A DNA stretch of 64,000 nt from positions 34,063 to 98,062 of the forward strand of contig CAYXDO010000014.1 in assembly GCA_964463485.1 (NCBI GenBank), in the 5' to 3' direction. The DNA comes from an uncultured Myxococcales bacterium (GTDB taxonomy: Bacteria > Myxococcota > Kuafuiibacteriia > Kuafuiibacteriales > Kuafuiibacteriaceae). This document shows positions 24,067 to 33,922 of the stretch, one piece after another; the stretch's first letter is position 1; every line of letters begins with the position of its first letter. The translations under genes and the position numbers were made by a program. The notes under the pieces were generated by a model that saw only the letters and a program-made list of their open reading frames with translations, was not told where the DNA came from and did not search any database.

Positions 24067-26367
24067 TCAGCTCTGAGTCAGGAAAAGCTTCATGAAGATC
24101 ACCCCGATCAGCACTCCGGCGAGAATCAAGAGGGCGCCGAGCACGACGGCGATCGCGGGTGTGAGCTTGAAGCCCATTCGCGGCGGAGGAGGAGGACCAC
24201 GTAGCAGGGGGCCGGGGTCGATCGGGATGTCGATGGGAGCCGCGGGCGAGGGCGTCACCGGCGCCTGCTGCACGAGCTCCATGAGGGCGCTGGGGCTCAA
24301 GGCGCTCATGGGCGCCAGGGCGGGCGTGGCGGGCTTTGGGAGCTCGAGGGGCGGCGGGGGCGGGTCGGTGTCCGGCCCTTTGCTCTCGGTCTCGGTCTCG
24401 TCGTGGACGAGGGCGCTTATGGGGCGTTGAGCTTTCGCAGGGACACCATTTCCGGGGCGCTCGAGGAAGTTCGTGGGCTCCAGCGCAGGAGACTCCTCGC
24501 CGTCGGCTCCTTTGACCGCGGGCGCCTTCTGGCTCGGGCTCGGCGGGCGGCGGCCGACGGTTTCGTTGGCTTCGCTCGGGGCGCGGCCCTTCGGCTTGAC
24601 CCCTTGCGGAGGCGTGGCGGAGTCGGGGGGCTTCTTGGACACGCCGTCCTTCTTCGCCGCTGGCGTCGGCGTTCGATCTCCGCGCGTTCGAACGAGGTCC
24701 GGACGCGGCGTAGCGACCTCCTCGTCGACCATGTCGAGCGAAGGCGCCCGCGGCAACGGACGCGTCGCGACCCCGCCCACTCCCTTCTTCGGGTTGAGCG
24801 GACCGAGCGTACGCGCGCTCACCGGATTCTTCTGGCTGTAAGAAGAATCCAGCGATCCACCTCCGCGCCCACGTGGCACGGCCGACGCGTCCACCGTCCG
24901 CTCAGCCTCGAACTCCGCGGGCTGTGAGTCGCGGCGCATCGAAAACCGCGCCGAAAACTCGTCCGGCACCAACCCGATCGTGGCGTCGTCCTCGGAGATG
25001 ATCGAGAGGAGCTCGTCTTCCGGGACTAAGGTCCGGGTGCTTCCGTCCCAGTCGTTTCCGGTCGATTCGTCGACCTCTTCCTCGGCCAGGATCTCGTCGT
25101 GAACGTCTTCGTATTCGGCGCTCTTGGATTCTTCGGCGGCTTCGTCGAGGTCGATGTCGAGGGCCGGAAAGCTCCGCGTGAACTCGACTTCGGCGATCGC
25201 GGGCATCGCTTCTTTGGACTCTGCGGGCGGCGGCGGCTCGGGCTCCATCCGCTGCTCGAAGAGGTGGAGCGGGTCGTCGTCGGTGACCCCGCCTTCGGTC
25301 ATCTCGGGGAGCTGCTCCTCTTGGAGCTTGGAGCCTCCGAGCGTCTTGGCGAGCTCGTCGATGTCGGCTTTTCCGGCCATCGCTTGGCGAAGCGCGATCG
25401 CACGCTGGACGATGACGTCGCCGAAGATCTCGGCGAACTCGCGCGAGATCGTTTGAGCATCAATCGTGACGTTGGCGCGCCGGATAAGCTCTTCGATGTC
25501 GTCGCGCATCTCGAGGGCGGTCTGGTAGCGCTGCTTGGGCGAGCGCCGCAGAGCCTTCATGACGATCGGATCGACGATCGGGGAGAGACCCTTCACGACC
25601 TTGCTGGGAGGGTCGATGGGCTGCTTTTGAATCGCCTCGAGGACTTCGATTGGGGACGAGCCTTTGAAGAGCTCACGGCCGGTGAGGGCCTCCCAAAGCA
25701 CGATCCCGGCGCAGAAAATGTCCGAGCGCCGGTCGACTTTTTTCCCGAGCGCCTGCTCGGGCGACATGTACGAGAACTTGCCTTTGAGAATGCCGGCCTG
25801 AGTCTCCCAGCCGCGGTTGGTGGCTTTGGCGATGCCGAAGTCGGTGAGCTTTGGAGATCCGTTGAAGCCTATGAGGATGTTTTGAGGGGTGACGTCGCGG
25901 TGGACGACGCCCATCGGGCGGCCCTGCTCGTCCTTCAGCTCGTGGGCATAGTGGAGCGCATCACAGGTGGCAGCGGTGATGCGCAACAAAACGCCGACGG
26001 TGAGCGGCTTTCGCGCGCGAGCGCTCTGCCGCAGCACCTGGGACAGCGTGGCCCCAAACACGTACTCCATGGCCAGGCAGTGCACGCCCTGCACCTGGCC
26101 AAAACCGGCGATCGCCACGATGTTCGGATGTCGAAGCCGCGAGGCGATTTTCGCCTCGGCGAAGAACATGTTGACGAAGTCTTCGTTCACCGCGAGCGAG
26201 GGCAGCAAGACCTTCATCGCGAGCAGCCGACCGGGCGGTGGGGCTTTGGTGTCCCTCACGAGGAACACGTTCGCTGCTCCTCCCGACGCGAGGCGGATGA
26301 GCAGCTCATGCTGACCGAGCATGCGCGGCACGGGGGTCGACTCCGCCCTGCTATAACACGAGTCCAA
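24067..26367 (-). CDS. Membrane-anchored eukaryote-like Ser/Thr protein kinase (N-terminal kinase domain, long Pro-rich disordered region, C-terminal TM helix)
   Basis: GxGxxG-like LASGGAANVF, AMKVL, HRDVTPQNIL, DFGIA, SPE, C-terminal TM LTPAIAVVLGALLILAGVLIGVIF. Real start may be the internal Met (MLGQHELL, ~26322). Confidence 0.85.
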   Translation of the reverse strand: MDSCYSRAESTPVPRMLGQHELLIRLASGGAANVFLVRDTKAPPPGRLLAMKVLLPSLAVNEDFVNMFFAEAKIASRLRHPNIVAIAGFGQVQGVHCLAMEYVFGATLSQVLRQSARARKPLTVGVLLRITAATCDALHYAHELKDEQGRPMGVVHRDVTPQNILIGFNGSPKLTDFGIAKATNRGWETQAGILKGKFSYMSPEQALGKKVDRRSDIFCAGIVLWEALTGRELFKGSSPIEVLEAIQKQPIDPPSKVVKGLSPIVDPIVMKALRRSPKQRYQTALEMRDDIEELIRRANVTIDAQTISREFAEIFGDVIVQRAIALRQAMAGKADIDELAKTLGGSKLQEEQLPEMTEGGVTDDDPLHLFEQRMEPEPPPPAESKEAMPAIAEVEFTRSFPALDIDLDEAAEESKSAEYEDVHDEILAEEEVDESTGNDWDGSTRTLVPEDELLSIISEDDATIGLVPDEFSARFSMRRDSQPAEFEAERTVDASAVPRGRGGGSLDSSYSQKNPVSARTLGPLNPKKGVGGVATRPLPRAPSLDMVDEEVATPRPDLVRTRGDRTPTPAAKKDGVSKKPPDSATPPQGVKPKGRAPSEANETVGRRPPSPSQKAPAVKGADGEESPALEPTNFLERPGNGVPAKAQRPISALVHDETETESKGPDTDPPPPPLELPKPATPALAPMSALSPSALMELVQQAPVTPSPAAPIDIPIDPGPLLRGPPPPPRMGFKLTPAIAVVLGALLILAGVLIGVIFMKLFLTQS

Positions 26368-26394
26368 GAAGTCGAGCGACCGTGTTATCCCTTG

Positions 26395-27078
26395 TCAGAC
26401 GGGCTCGCGCAGCGCGGTCCAAAGCCCAAGGGCCAACACCGAGAACGAAACCAACGCGACGAGTCCGCCCCACACCCAGTACGGGAGAAACAGGGCCTGG
26501 GAGATCGACATGGAGTCCGAGACCTGCCCGCCCTGGCCCGGGCTGAACATGTAACTCAGGTCTTGAAACACCGAGAGCCCCAACTGCACGCCCATCAAGC
26601 GCACGGCCAAGACATTCGCGCCCACCGAGCCGAACTTCAGGAGCGCAGCGGCGGTTACGGCCAAAGTCGCCAGAAACGCTGCCGTGAAGACACTGCCTAC
26701 GCGAAAAAACGCGAACAGAGAAAACAGCAGCAGCAGCGCGATGAGCGGCCGACCGGCTTTCTCTCGGCTGGAGGCTACGAGCAAGCCTGCGCCGAGGAAC
26801 GCCGGACCGATGAGGCCGCCAGCGGCCACCATCGCTCGGCCAAAGCGCCCGAGCGAGCCCGACCAAGTCGCCACACCCGACCCGTCTGCCCGCATCAGGA
26901 TCGTCTCGAAATCCGCGCCCAACAACATCGCGGTGAGACCGTGACCCATCTCGTGCGCAAACGTCGCGAGCAGCGTGAAGGGCCACAACACCAAGCGGCC
27001 GAGCGGAAACTGCCAAGCCACGATCGTGACGGCCACCGCCACCAACACGACGAAGCGGAGCTCTCGACGGCGACGCAT
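26395..27078 (-). CDS. Integral-membrane HExxH zinc-metalloprotease-like protein (M50/site-2-protease-like family)
   Basis: FAHEMGHGLTAML HExxH motif inside a TM helix, 5-6 TM segments. Start set at internal Met 27078 because the listed start (27135) overlaps the upstream gene. Confidence 0.55.
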   Translation of the reverse strand: MRRRRELRFVVLVAVAVTIVAWQFPLGRLVLWPFTLLATFAHEMGHGLTAMLLGADFETILMRADGSGVATWSGSLGRFGRAMVAAGGLIGPAFLGAGLLVASSREKAGRPLIALLLLFSLFAFFRVGSVFTAAFLATLAVTAAALLKFGSVGANVLAVRLMGVQLGLSVFQDLSYMFSPGQGGQVSDSMSISQALFLPYWVWGGLVALVSFSVLALGLWTALREPV

Positions 27079-27109
27079 ACGGACCCCTAACACGCCGGCG
27101 TGGCGCGGT

Positions 27110-28054
27110 TCATCCAGCCAAGAGCGCCGCCGCAACGGGGCGGATCATCGTATCGAAGCGGATCGGCGTGCCCTCGAAGTCGTCGCGGATGTAATTCAGG
27201 GCCTCGAGCCGGTGCGACGACGCCGTGTAGTCTTGCCTCGGATCGACGACCCCGAGCTGTTCCGTTCCGAGATAAACCTCGGTGCCAAAAGGCTTGCCGC
27301 GCAAGGCTGAGAGCGCCCCAGCTCCTCGAATCACCCAGCGGAACTTCTCGAAGAGCGCCGCTTGACTCGGGTAGGCCTCGAACACGCGCTGCTTCGCCGC
27401 ACGCTCCTCCTCGCTGAGCGCGAAGCGACGTACGTCCCCACGAAACCAAGGTTTGAACCGCAGCGCGCACAGGATGACGTACTCGTAGGCTGGCGCCTGG
27501 ATGATCGGAATGGGCCGACCAGTCTCTCGTCGTAGCTGTCGCACCGTTCGCGCGGTCATGAGGTGCACGAGGTCGTGCTCGGGGTGGCCGCCTTGCCAAG
27601 CCAACACGAACACTCTGTCGGGATCGGCGCGGCGAATCGCCGCGTCCAAACGCCCGGCTTCTGCGCGAAAGTAGTCGAGCGCGACCTTCGACCTCTTCGG
27701 CAACGCGACCTCCGTCATTTTTCGGTAGTTCTCGATCTCCGAGCTCCACAAGTCGACCTTGTGAGCGGGGTCCGCACCCAACGCGCGCAACGACTCCGTC
27801 GCTTCGGCCACACGGATCGAGGCGTACGCGCTCGGATCGGCACCGACCGCTGGCGCGAGCCCATCTCCGTTGGTCCACCAAATGAACGTGCCGCGCTGGC
27901 CGTCCCCCACGATCCGATGCATGAGGCCGGCGAGCACCGTCTCGTCGTCCTGGTGTGCGAAGACGAAAGCCGGACGACCTTCTCGGGCAAGCATCCAAGC
28001 GCTGGAGACGTCGTCGGGATCGGCGGAGCTCGGAGTCATCGGCGTCGAAGACAT
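27110..28054 (-). CDS. PIG-L/LmbE-family N-acetylglucosaminyl deacetylase-like protein
   Basis: PAFVFAHQDDETVLAG (HxDDE) and GGHPEHD motifs. Start uncertain: ORF open to 28402 but the upstream part is low-complexity. MSSTPM (28054) or MKDLS (28147) are candidates. Confidence 0.65.
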   Translation of the reverse strand: MSSTPMTPSSADPDDVSSAWMLAREGRPAFVFAHQDDETVLAGLMHRIVGDGQRGTFIWWTNGDGLAPAVGADPSAYASIRVAEATESLRALGADPAHKVDLWSSEIENYRKMTEVALPKRSKVALDYFRAEAGRLDAAIRRADPDRVFVLAWQGGHPEHDLVHLMTARTVRQLRRETGRPIPIIQAPAYEYVILCALRFKPWFRGDVRRFALSEEERAAKQRVFEAYPSQAALFEKFRWVIRGAGALSALRGKPFGTEVYLGTEQLGVVDPRQDYTASSHRLEALNYIRDDFEGTPIRFDTMIRPVAAALLAG

Positions 28055-28268
28055 CGCCTCCGAGGCCGCGAAGTCACGCTGCGACAAACCCTTCAGCTTC
28101 TTGTGTTGCGTCGCGGCCGCGGCGGGTTCGCGTGAAAGGTCTTTCATCGAAGGTGACGGAACGACCGCGGCGCGCCATTCTCGGAGGCTGGTGCACACGA
28201 GGTCCGTCCGTCGCTCGCGTCGCCAGAAGGCGTCGGCTGTGGCGTCCCCGTCCGGAGCGGGGATCCAA

Positions 28269-30125
28269 GTGTTCGTAAGCCGGCTCGAGGCCTTCTTGGG
28301 AGCAGAGCTCTTCACCGCCGAAAAGCCGCTGATCATTGGGCGGCATAGCGAAGCGCTGCTTCGGCTCGACGCGGACACGGTCTCTCGGCGCCATTGTCGC
28401 ATTCAGGTTCGGGACGGTGCGCTGTGGGTCGAGGACCTCGGCAGTGCGAACGGCACGCTCGTCAACAGGAAGCGCATCCAGGGTCCCATGCGCATCAAGC
28501 CGGCCGACGCGGTGCAGGTGGGTCCTTACACGCTCAAGCTTCGGCTGATGATGCCGGCCGGACACAGAAACCGAGCGGACAGTCGAGCGAGCGATCAAAT
28601 CACGCGAGTGGAGGCGATTTTTTCGGTCGAAGGGAGTCAAGGTACGACCGATGCCCGGCTCTCGTTGCCGGCGCTCGCGGCTGCGGCAGCGAGCGAGTTG
28701 ATCGACCGCAGGCTCTACGACGACGCGGTATTCCGCGCAACGGGTATGGAGCGCCCGAGGACTCCAGGCGAGGCGTCTGCTGCCGCACGGCGGGAGGGCA
28801 GCGGGTCGGCGCCGCCACGACCGTTGTCCCTGGCTGACACCGAGTCCGAGCTTGCGCTGTCGGAGGTCGAGGAGCGCGAGGCGACGAGTCGGCACGAGCT
28901 TTACGACAACGGGGAAGACTCACTTCGTGAGCCGACGAGCCGGTTCAAGCTGGATGAGAAAGCAGAAGCACGCATGAACGAGCTCGAGCGGGCGGTGAGC
29001 CTGCTCGAGTCGGCGCCCGACACTTCCGTGCAGGTCGCTCCGCCGCGCCAGCACAGCGACCTTCGGGAAGAAGACCTAAAGTGGGTGGACGACATCTCCG
29101 AGCTCGAGCTCGGGGACCCTGCCGAGCTTGGACCGGGCTCGTTCACCCGGCGCCTGCAAGACGACCTGCTGCGACCCGCCGGAGAGCGCGCCATGTCGTC
29201 GGCGTTCGAGGTCGTGCCGCTCGAACGTATGGCGGAGTTCGGCAGCACGGCAGGCACGGAGACGGAGCGCGGAGCGCTGTTCGAGCCATCTGGGCCTACC
29301 GAGCCGGAGCAGCGGGCGCGCAAGGTCGCGTCGATCAAGCGCGTAGGATCGAGCAAACGCACGCGCCCCGAGCGATCGGTGGCGCACGATGGCGCAGGCA
29401 GCACTCGCGAGGCTGGGGTGCTGTCGCGCCCTGCCACACGCTTTCCGGAAGTGTCAGCGCCTCCGGTGCAAGAGCCCGTAGGCAGTGCGGAGCTCGCCTT
29501 GCGTGCGAAGACCAACGCGGGTCGGTCTCGAATTCCCGCTCGCCTCGTCACGCCTACGGGTGTCCGGCCACAGGCTCCGATGGCCGACCCAGTCACTGCG
29601 CCTACTACTCGGCGCTCGGAATCCGAGATGCGTAGCCATCTGATCGCCGAGCCCGAGATCGAACCAGCCGAAGAAACCACCGGCGCCACGCAGGAGGTCT
29701 CGTTCTTGGAGAACTACTTCGATGCGGTCGAAATTACCGCCCGAACGGGCGACGAGCTGCTCGACATCGCGGTGCTGAGGAAGGAGGGCGAGCAGTACGT
29801 GCTCGGCCACAAGACGCCGCAGGGCGCCGTCGCTCCTTACCGCGCCCACCCCGGCCTGCGGCTGTTGCGCATCAACGACGAACGTCAAGTCGACCTCGTC
29901 TTTCCGCACGATGTCGCCGGGACGCTGGTGCGAGATGGAGAGACCGTCGCCTTGGTCGAGCTCACCGAAGGTCGCAAATATTCGTCGCTCCGATTGCGCG
30001 CCATGGACGTCGCGACGGTGATCCTGGGCGCTGCGCCCTCGCAGGTCTCGTACACGATCCGTTTCACGCGAGCGCCGCGCTTCGAAGGACGCCGACGCTC
30101 GACCGCACCGCCGCCGAAGACCTGA
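28269..30125 (+). CDS. FHA-domain protein with long acidic/Pro-rich middle and C-terminal conserved domain of unknown function
   Basis: FHA signature LIIGRHSEALLRLDADTVSRRHCRIQVRDGALWVEDLGSANGTLVNRKRI...VGPY. GTG start at 28269 chosen (listed ORF extends upstream antisense to the deacetylase gene). Confidence 0.7.
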   Translation: MFVSRLEAFLGAELFTAEKPLIIGRHSEALLRLDADTVSRRHCRIQVRDGALWVEDLGSANGTLVNRKRIQGPMRIKPADAVQVGPYTLKLRLMMPAGHRNRADSRASDQITRVEAIFSVEGSQGTTDARLSLPALAAAAASELIDRRLYDDAVFRATGMERPRTPGEASAAARREGSGSAPPRPLSLADTESELALSEVEEREATSRHELYDNGEDSLREPTSRFKLDEKAEARMNELERAVSLLESAPDTSVQVAPPRQHSDLREEDLKWVDDISELELGDPAELGPGSFTRRLQDDLLRPAGERAMSSAFEVVPLERMAEFGSTAGTETERGALFEPSGPTEPEQRARKVASIKRVGSSKRTRPERSVAHDGAGSTREAGVLSRPATRFPEVSAPPVQEPVGSAELALRAKTNAGRSRIPARLVTPTGVRPQAPMADPVTAPTTRRSESEMRSHLIAEPEIEPAEETTGATQEVSFLENYFDAVEITARTGDELLDIAVLRKEGEQYVLGHKTPQGAVAPYRAHPGLRLLRINDERQVDLVFPHDVAGTLVRDGETVALVELTEGRKYSSLRLRAMDVATVILGAAPSQVSYTIRFTRAPRFEGRRRSTAPPPKT

Positions 30126-30175
30126 AGGAAAAGGCGGAGAATCGACGGGGCGATGAGGGCGAGGGGTCGCGAGCC

Positions 30176-30625
30176 TTGCGGCGTGGCCAACATGGGCCTA
30201 TGATCTTCGGCTCGCCCATGACCGACCCGAAAACGCCCGGCAATCCGACTCCTTCAGCGGATCTCGCCGCTCTTCAGGAAAAGTACCCCTTTCACAAGCG
30301 CTTCCTCAGGAAGGACATCGTGGTCCGCGTCGAGGTGGAGCGCGCGTCCGAGTCGATCACCAGCTCGAGCGTGAACATCAGCCCGGTCGGCATCTGCTTG
30401 GTGCTGCCAGAGGCCCTAGAGAACAACGAGGAGACCCGTACGCTCCTGTATCTGCCTCGCGGCAAGGAGATGGAGATCCTCAAAGTGCAGACGCGAGTCG
30501 TGTGGCAGGAGCCTCACCGCGACGGCTTCCGCGTCGCTGCGCTCTTCACGAAGTACGCTCCCGGCGACGAGCGCCGGTTGCGACTGTGGCTTCAAGAGCT
30601 CGAGAAGCCGCCGGGCAAACGCTGA
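30176..30625 (+). CDS. PilZ-domain (c-di-GMP-binding) protein
   Basis: HKRFLRKDIVVRV (RxxxR) and SSVNISPVGICL (D/NxSxxG) motifs. Start could be a later Met (MIFGSPM at 30200). Confidence 0.6.
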   Translation: MRRGQHGPMIFGSPMTDPKTPGNPTPSADLAALQEKYPFHKRFLRKDIVVRVEVERASESITSSSVNISPVGICLVLPEALENNEETRTLLYLPRGKEMEILKVQTRVVWQEPHRDGFRVAALFTKYAPGDERRLRLWLQELEKPPGKR

Positions 30626-30690
30626 GGGATCACTGCGGCGCTACGGGCGCGGCCCTTGACGTGTCGCGCCCGCGCCTTAGTCTCGCGCTC

Positions 30691-30954
30691 ATGCCCTACT
30701 ACGACTACGAATGCCCGCGTTGTGGAACCTTCGAGCTGAAGCAAAGCATCTCCGAGCCGGCCATCACCCACCACGACGTGTGCGGTGAGCCGGTCGAGCG
30801 CACCATCGCGCCCGTGGCCTTCACGCTCAAGGGCGACGGATGGTCTCGCGACGGATACAAAGGCTCTTCCAAGATGTCTGCCTCCGACGGGCCCTCCTGC
30901 AGCCCGGGCGGCTGCGACAGGCCGACGTGCGCGGCCAAGATGGCTGACGCTTGA
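30691..30954 (+). CDS. FmdB-family zinc-ribbon regulatory protein
   Basis: MPYYDYECPRCGTFE...HDVCGEPVER (CxxC...CxxC) typical of the TIGR02605/FmdB family. ATG at 30691 inside a longer listed ORF. Confidence 0.75.
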   Translation: MPYYDYECPRCGTFELKQSISEPAITHHDVCGEPVERTIAPVAFTLKGDGWSRDGYKGSSKMSASDGPSCSPGGCDRPTCAAKMADA

Positions 30955-30959
30955 CACTC

Positions 30960-31001
30960 TAAGTCACGAGACGCCCGCCATAAGTCACGAGACGCCCGCC
31001 A
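30960..31001. repeat. Perfect 21-bp tandem duplication (taagtcacgagacgcccgcca x2) spanning the mgtE stop codon. On the minus strand it duplicates the last codons L-M-A-G-V-S-stop.
   Basis: Read directly. Copy 30981-31001 is the real 3' end of mgtE (stop at 30985-30987). Copy 30960-30980 repeats MAGVS+TGA just downstream. Confidence 0.85.
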
Positions 31002-32370
31002 TGAGCGCACGGACCACGGACGTGTAGATCAACACCCCGGTCACGTCGTTGATCGACGTGATGAGTGGGCCAGCCGCGATCGCCGGGTCGACGCCGAATC
31101 GCTTGAGCAACGGCGGCTCGACGGACCCGAGGAACGCCGCGCACACCATCGACAAGAACAACGAGATCGCCACGCAAGCCCCGATGAAGAGGCCGCGCTG
31201 CCAAACACCGACCACGCCGAACACGATGATCGCGCAGCAGAGCGCCATCAACGCCCCCACCAACAGGTCTTTGGCCACGGTCTTGTACAAGGCGTTGGTG
31301 TCGATATGCCCAGTCGCTAGGCCGCGAATCATGATCATCGCGGATTGCGTGCCGACGTTGCCGCTCATTCCGGTGATCACGGGGACGAACGTGAGGAGCA
31401 CGACCATCTGTCCGAGCACGTGCTGAGCGTCTTGCAAGACAGCGGTCGCCGCGAGACCCGCGCAAAACGTCGAGAGCAGCCAGGGCAACCTCACGCCGAC
31501 GATCTTGAAGATCTTGTTGGAGTAAACGACCTCCGGCTCGGATCCGGCGCCGGCCATGACGAGCACGTCTTCATCGGCCTCCTCGACGAGGACCTCGTGC
31601 ACGTCGTCGGCGGTGATTCGGCCGCGCAGCCGCCCCCATTTGTCGACGACGCCTGCTTCGACGAGGCTGTAGCGATCGAAGATCTTGGCGACTTGTTCCT
31701 GGTCGAGGTCGGTGAAGATCTCGACGGACTTCGGCGTCATGACCTCGCGGACCTTGGCCTCGGCAGGTGAGAACACGAGATCTTGGAGCGCGAGGTTGCC
31801 CACGTAGCGATCGTCTTCGTCGACGACGAAGACCGAAATAATCCCGATCTTCTTTGCCGCACGCCGGGTCGATTCGAGCGCCGAGGCGACGGTGGCCTCG
31901 ACCGGCACCGACACGAGCTCCATCTGCATGATGCCGCCGGCAGTGTCGGGCTCGTAGCGGAGGAGCTCGGTGATCTCTTCTCGCTCCTCGACCGGCAGGG
32001 CTTGGAGCACGGCTTCGGCAGTCTTCGGATCGATCTCCTGCAGGAGGTCGGTGATGTCGTCGGTCTCCATTTCGCCGACGATCGGCGCGAGCTCTTGGGG
32101 GCGTAGGAGTTGCGTGACCTCGTCCTGACGCGAGGGCTGGAGCTCGGACAACGTATCGGCGGCACGCTCGGACCCGAGGTGCTGCAAGATCTTCTTGCTG
32201 GTCTCGGCGGGAAACTCGCTGATGAGCTCGGCGACGTCTGCGGGATCGAGGAGCCGGAGGAAGGTGCGAAGCTCCTCCTCGCGTCCGGGCCGAGTCAGAA
32301 GCTCGAGCTCGTCCGCCTCCTCTTCGAGGCTCACGGCCGCGACGTTTGGCTGACCGAGCGACGCGGTCAA
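30985..32370 (-). CDS. mgtE: Magnesium transporter MgtE (MgtE-N, tandem CBS, C-terminal 5-TM MgtE domain)
   Basis: Typical MgtE architecture and sequence (e.g. GGIMQMELVSV, CBS pair, membrane domain ending ...VVRALMAGVS). Confidence 0.85.
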   Translation of the reverse strand: MTASLGQPNVAAVSLEEEADELELLTRPGREEELRTFLRLLDPADVAELISEFPAETSKKILQHLGSERAADTLSELQPSRQDEVTQLLRPQELAPIVGEMETDDITDLLQEIDPKTAEAVLQALPVEEREEITELLRYEPDTAGGIMQMELVSVPVEATVASALESTRRAAKKIGIISVFVVDEDDRYVGNLALQDLVFSPAEAKVREVMTPKSVEIFTDLDQEQVAKIFDRYSLVEAGVVDKWGRLRGRITADDVHEVLVEEADEDVLVMAGAGSEPEVVYSNKIFKIVGVRLPWLLSTFCAGLAATAVLQDAQHVLGQMVVLLTFVPVITGMSGNVGTQSAMIMIRGLATGHIDTNALYKTVAKDLLVGALMALCCAIIVFGVVGVWQRGLFIGACVAISLFLSMVCAAFLGSVEPPLLKRFGVDPAIAAGPLITSINDVTGVLIYTSVVRALMAGVS

Positions 32371-32389
32371 GGACTTCGAATATCGAGGA

Positions 32390-33865
32390 GTGCCGCGGCG
32401 CTCGGTCGAGTATAGTCAGCTCGTGAGCGCCTCCGAGGCCGATCGGCCGCTCCGTCGCGTCCTGATCGTCGACGATGAGAAGAACATTCGACGCACCCTC
32501 GAGATGGTGCTGTCGGGCGAGGGCTACACGGTCGAGTCCGTCGGCTCCGCAGAAGAAATGTTTCCCAAAGTCGCGGAGACTCGCTTCGACGCGATCTTGC
32601 TCGACGTACGGCTGCCGGGAATCGACGGCCTCACCGCGCTCGAAAAGCTCAACACCGACTCACCCGAGGCGCCCGTGATCATGATCAGCGGGCATGCGAA
32701 CCTCTCGGACGCCGTTCGCGCGACGAAGCTCGGCGCGTTCGACTTCCTCGAGAAGCCGCTGAATCGGGAGCGCGTGCTCGTCAGCGTTCGCAACTGTGTC
32801 GAGCGGAGATCTCTGGCCGCTCGCATCCGCGCCCTCGAGATCGCCGAAGGCGGCGACGAGCCGATGCTTGGAGACTCCGAACCCATGCGCAAGGTTCGAG
32901 AACAGATCGCCAAGGTCGCGATCGCCGGCGTGCGTGTGCTGGTGACCGGTGAGTCCGGGACCGGAAAAGAGCTCGTGGCGCGAGCCATTCACCGGGCCTC
33001 GCGCCGGAGCAACGGGCCCTTCGTGAAAGTGAATTGCGCTGCGATCCCCGCCGAGCTCATCGAGAGCGAGCTCTTTGGGCACGAAAAAGGCGCCTTCACC
33101 GGCGCCATCCAGAGAAAACGCGGCCACTTCGAGGTCGCCGACGGAGGGACGCTCTTTCTCGACGAGATCGGCGACATGAGCCTCGACGCCCAGGCCAAGG
33201 TTCTTCGCGCGCTTCAGACCGGAGAGATCTCTAGGGTCGGGGGCGAAAAGAGCTTCGTCGTCGACGTCCGAGTCGTGGCCGCCACCAACAAAGACCTCGA
33301 AGACGAGGTCCGAGAGGGCCGTTTTCGCGAAGACCTCTATTACAGGCTCAGCGTCGTGCCTATTCACACGCCGCCGCTTCGCGAGCGCGGCCAAGACGTC
33401 CTCGTACTCATGCACGCGTTCCTCGACCGCTTCGCCGCCGAGCATGGTACCCCCAGAAAGCTCATGCTCCCCGAAGTCGAGACTTCGCTGCTCGCCTACA
33501 GCTTCCCCGGCAACGTACGCGAGATGCGAAACCTCGCCGAACGGCTCGTGATCCTCGCCGGTGACCCCGTTCGCCTCGAAGACTTGCCTCCCCAAATCGC
33601 CGGCTCTCGCGGCCGAGAGCGACCTCCGGCCCTGGAAGCGCCCGATACCAAGTCCGGAGTCGAGCTCTCCGCTTACGGGACCCACCTCACGCTCCGCGAG
33701 CTCCGGGAGCTCGTCGAACGCGACTACGTGCTCCGAAAGCTCGAAGAAACGGGATGGAACGTCACCCGCGCGGCCGAACAGCTCGGGATCGAACGCACCA
33801 ACCTCCACAAGAAACTCAAGCAGCTCGGCCTCAAGAAGGACTCCGGCCTCCCCGAAAAAACCTGA
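32390..33865 (+). CDS. Sigma-54-dependent response regulator (NtrC family): REC + AAA+ sigma-54 interaction + Fis-type HTH
   Basis: RVLIVDDE...LLDVRLPGIDG (REC). VLVTGESGTGKE, GAFTGA, LFLDEIGDMS, RVVAATN, LYYRLSV...PPLRER (bEBP). C-terminal HTH. Real start is probably the internal GTG near 32426, given only 19 bp to divergent mgtE. Confidence 0.85.
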   Translation: MPRRSVEYSQLVSASEADRPLRRVLIVDDEKNIRRTLEMVLSGEGYTVESVGSAEEMFPKVAETRFDAILLDVRLPGIDGLTALEKLNTDSPEAPVIMISGHANLSDAVRATKLGAFDFLEKPLNRERVLVSVRNCVERRSLAARIRALEIAEGGDEPMLGDSEPMRKVREQIAKVAIAGVRVLVTGESGTGKELVARAIHRASRRSNGPFVKVNCAAIPAELIESELFGHEKGAFTGAIQRKRGHFEVADGGTLFLDEIGDMSLDAQAKVLRALQTGEISRVGGEKSFVVDVRVVAATNKDLEDEVREGRFREDLYYRLSVVPIHTPPLRERGQDVLVLMHAFLDRFAAEHGTPRKLMLPEVETSLLAYSFPGNVREMRNLAERLVILAGDPVRLEDLPPQIAGSRGRERPPALEAPDTKSGVELSAYGTHLTLRELRELVERDYVLRKLEETGWNVTRAAEQLGIERTNLHKKLKQLGLKKDSGLPEKT

Positions 33866-33922
33866 TCCTTCTCTCGTCCGATCCCCGATCCACGAAGGAG
33901 CCTCTTCGGGTAGGGTGCCGCT

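Noticed and set aside
25099-27090. 663-aa plus-strand ORF antisense to the kinase and M50-like genes
   Set aside because: Antisense-frame artefact (Arg/Gly/Glu-rich, no motifs). The opposite strand carries a motif-confirmed STK.
33866-33922. Sigma-54 promoter (TGGCAC-N5-TTGC) upstream of the REC-coiled-coil gene and of the insert operon
   Set aside because: No convincing -24/-12 match found by eye in 33866-33922 or 9150-9650.
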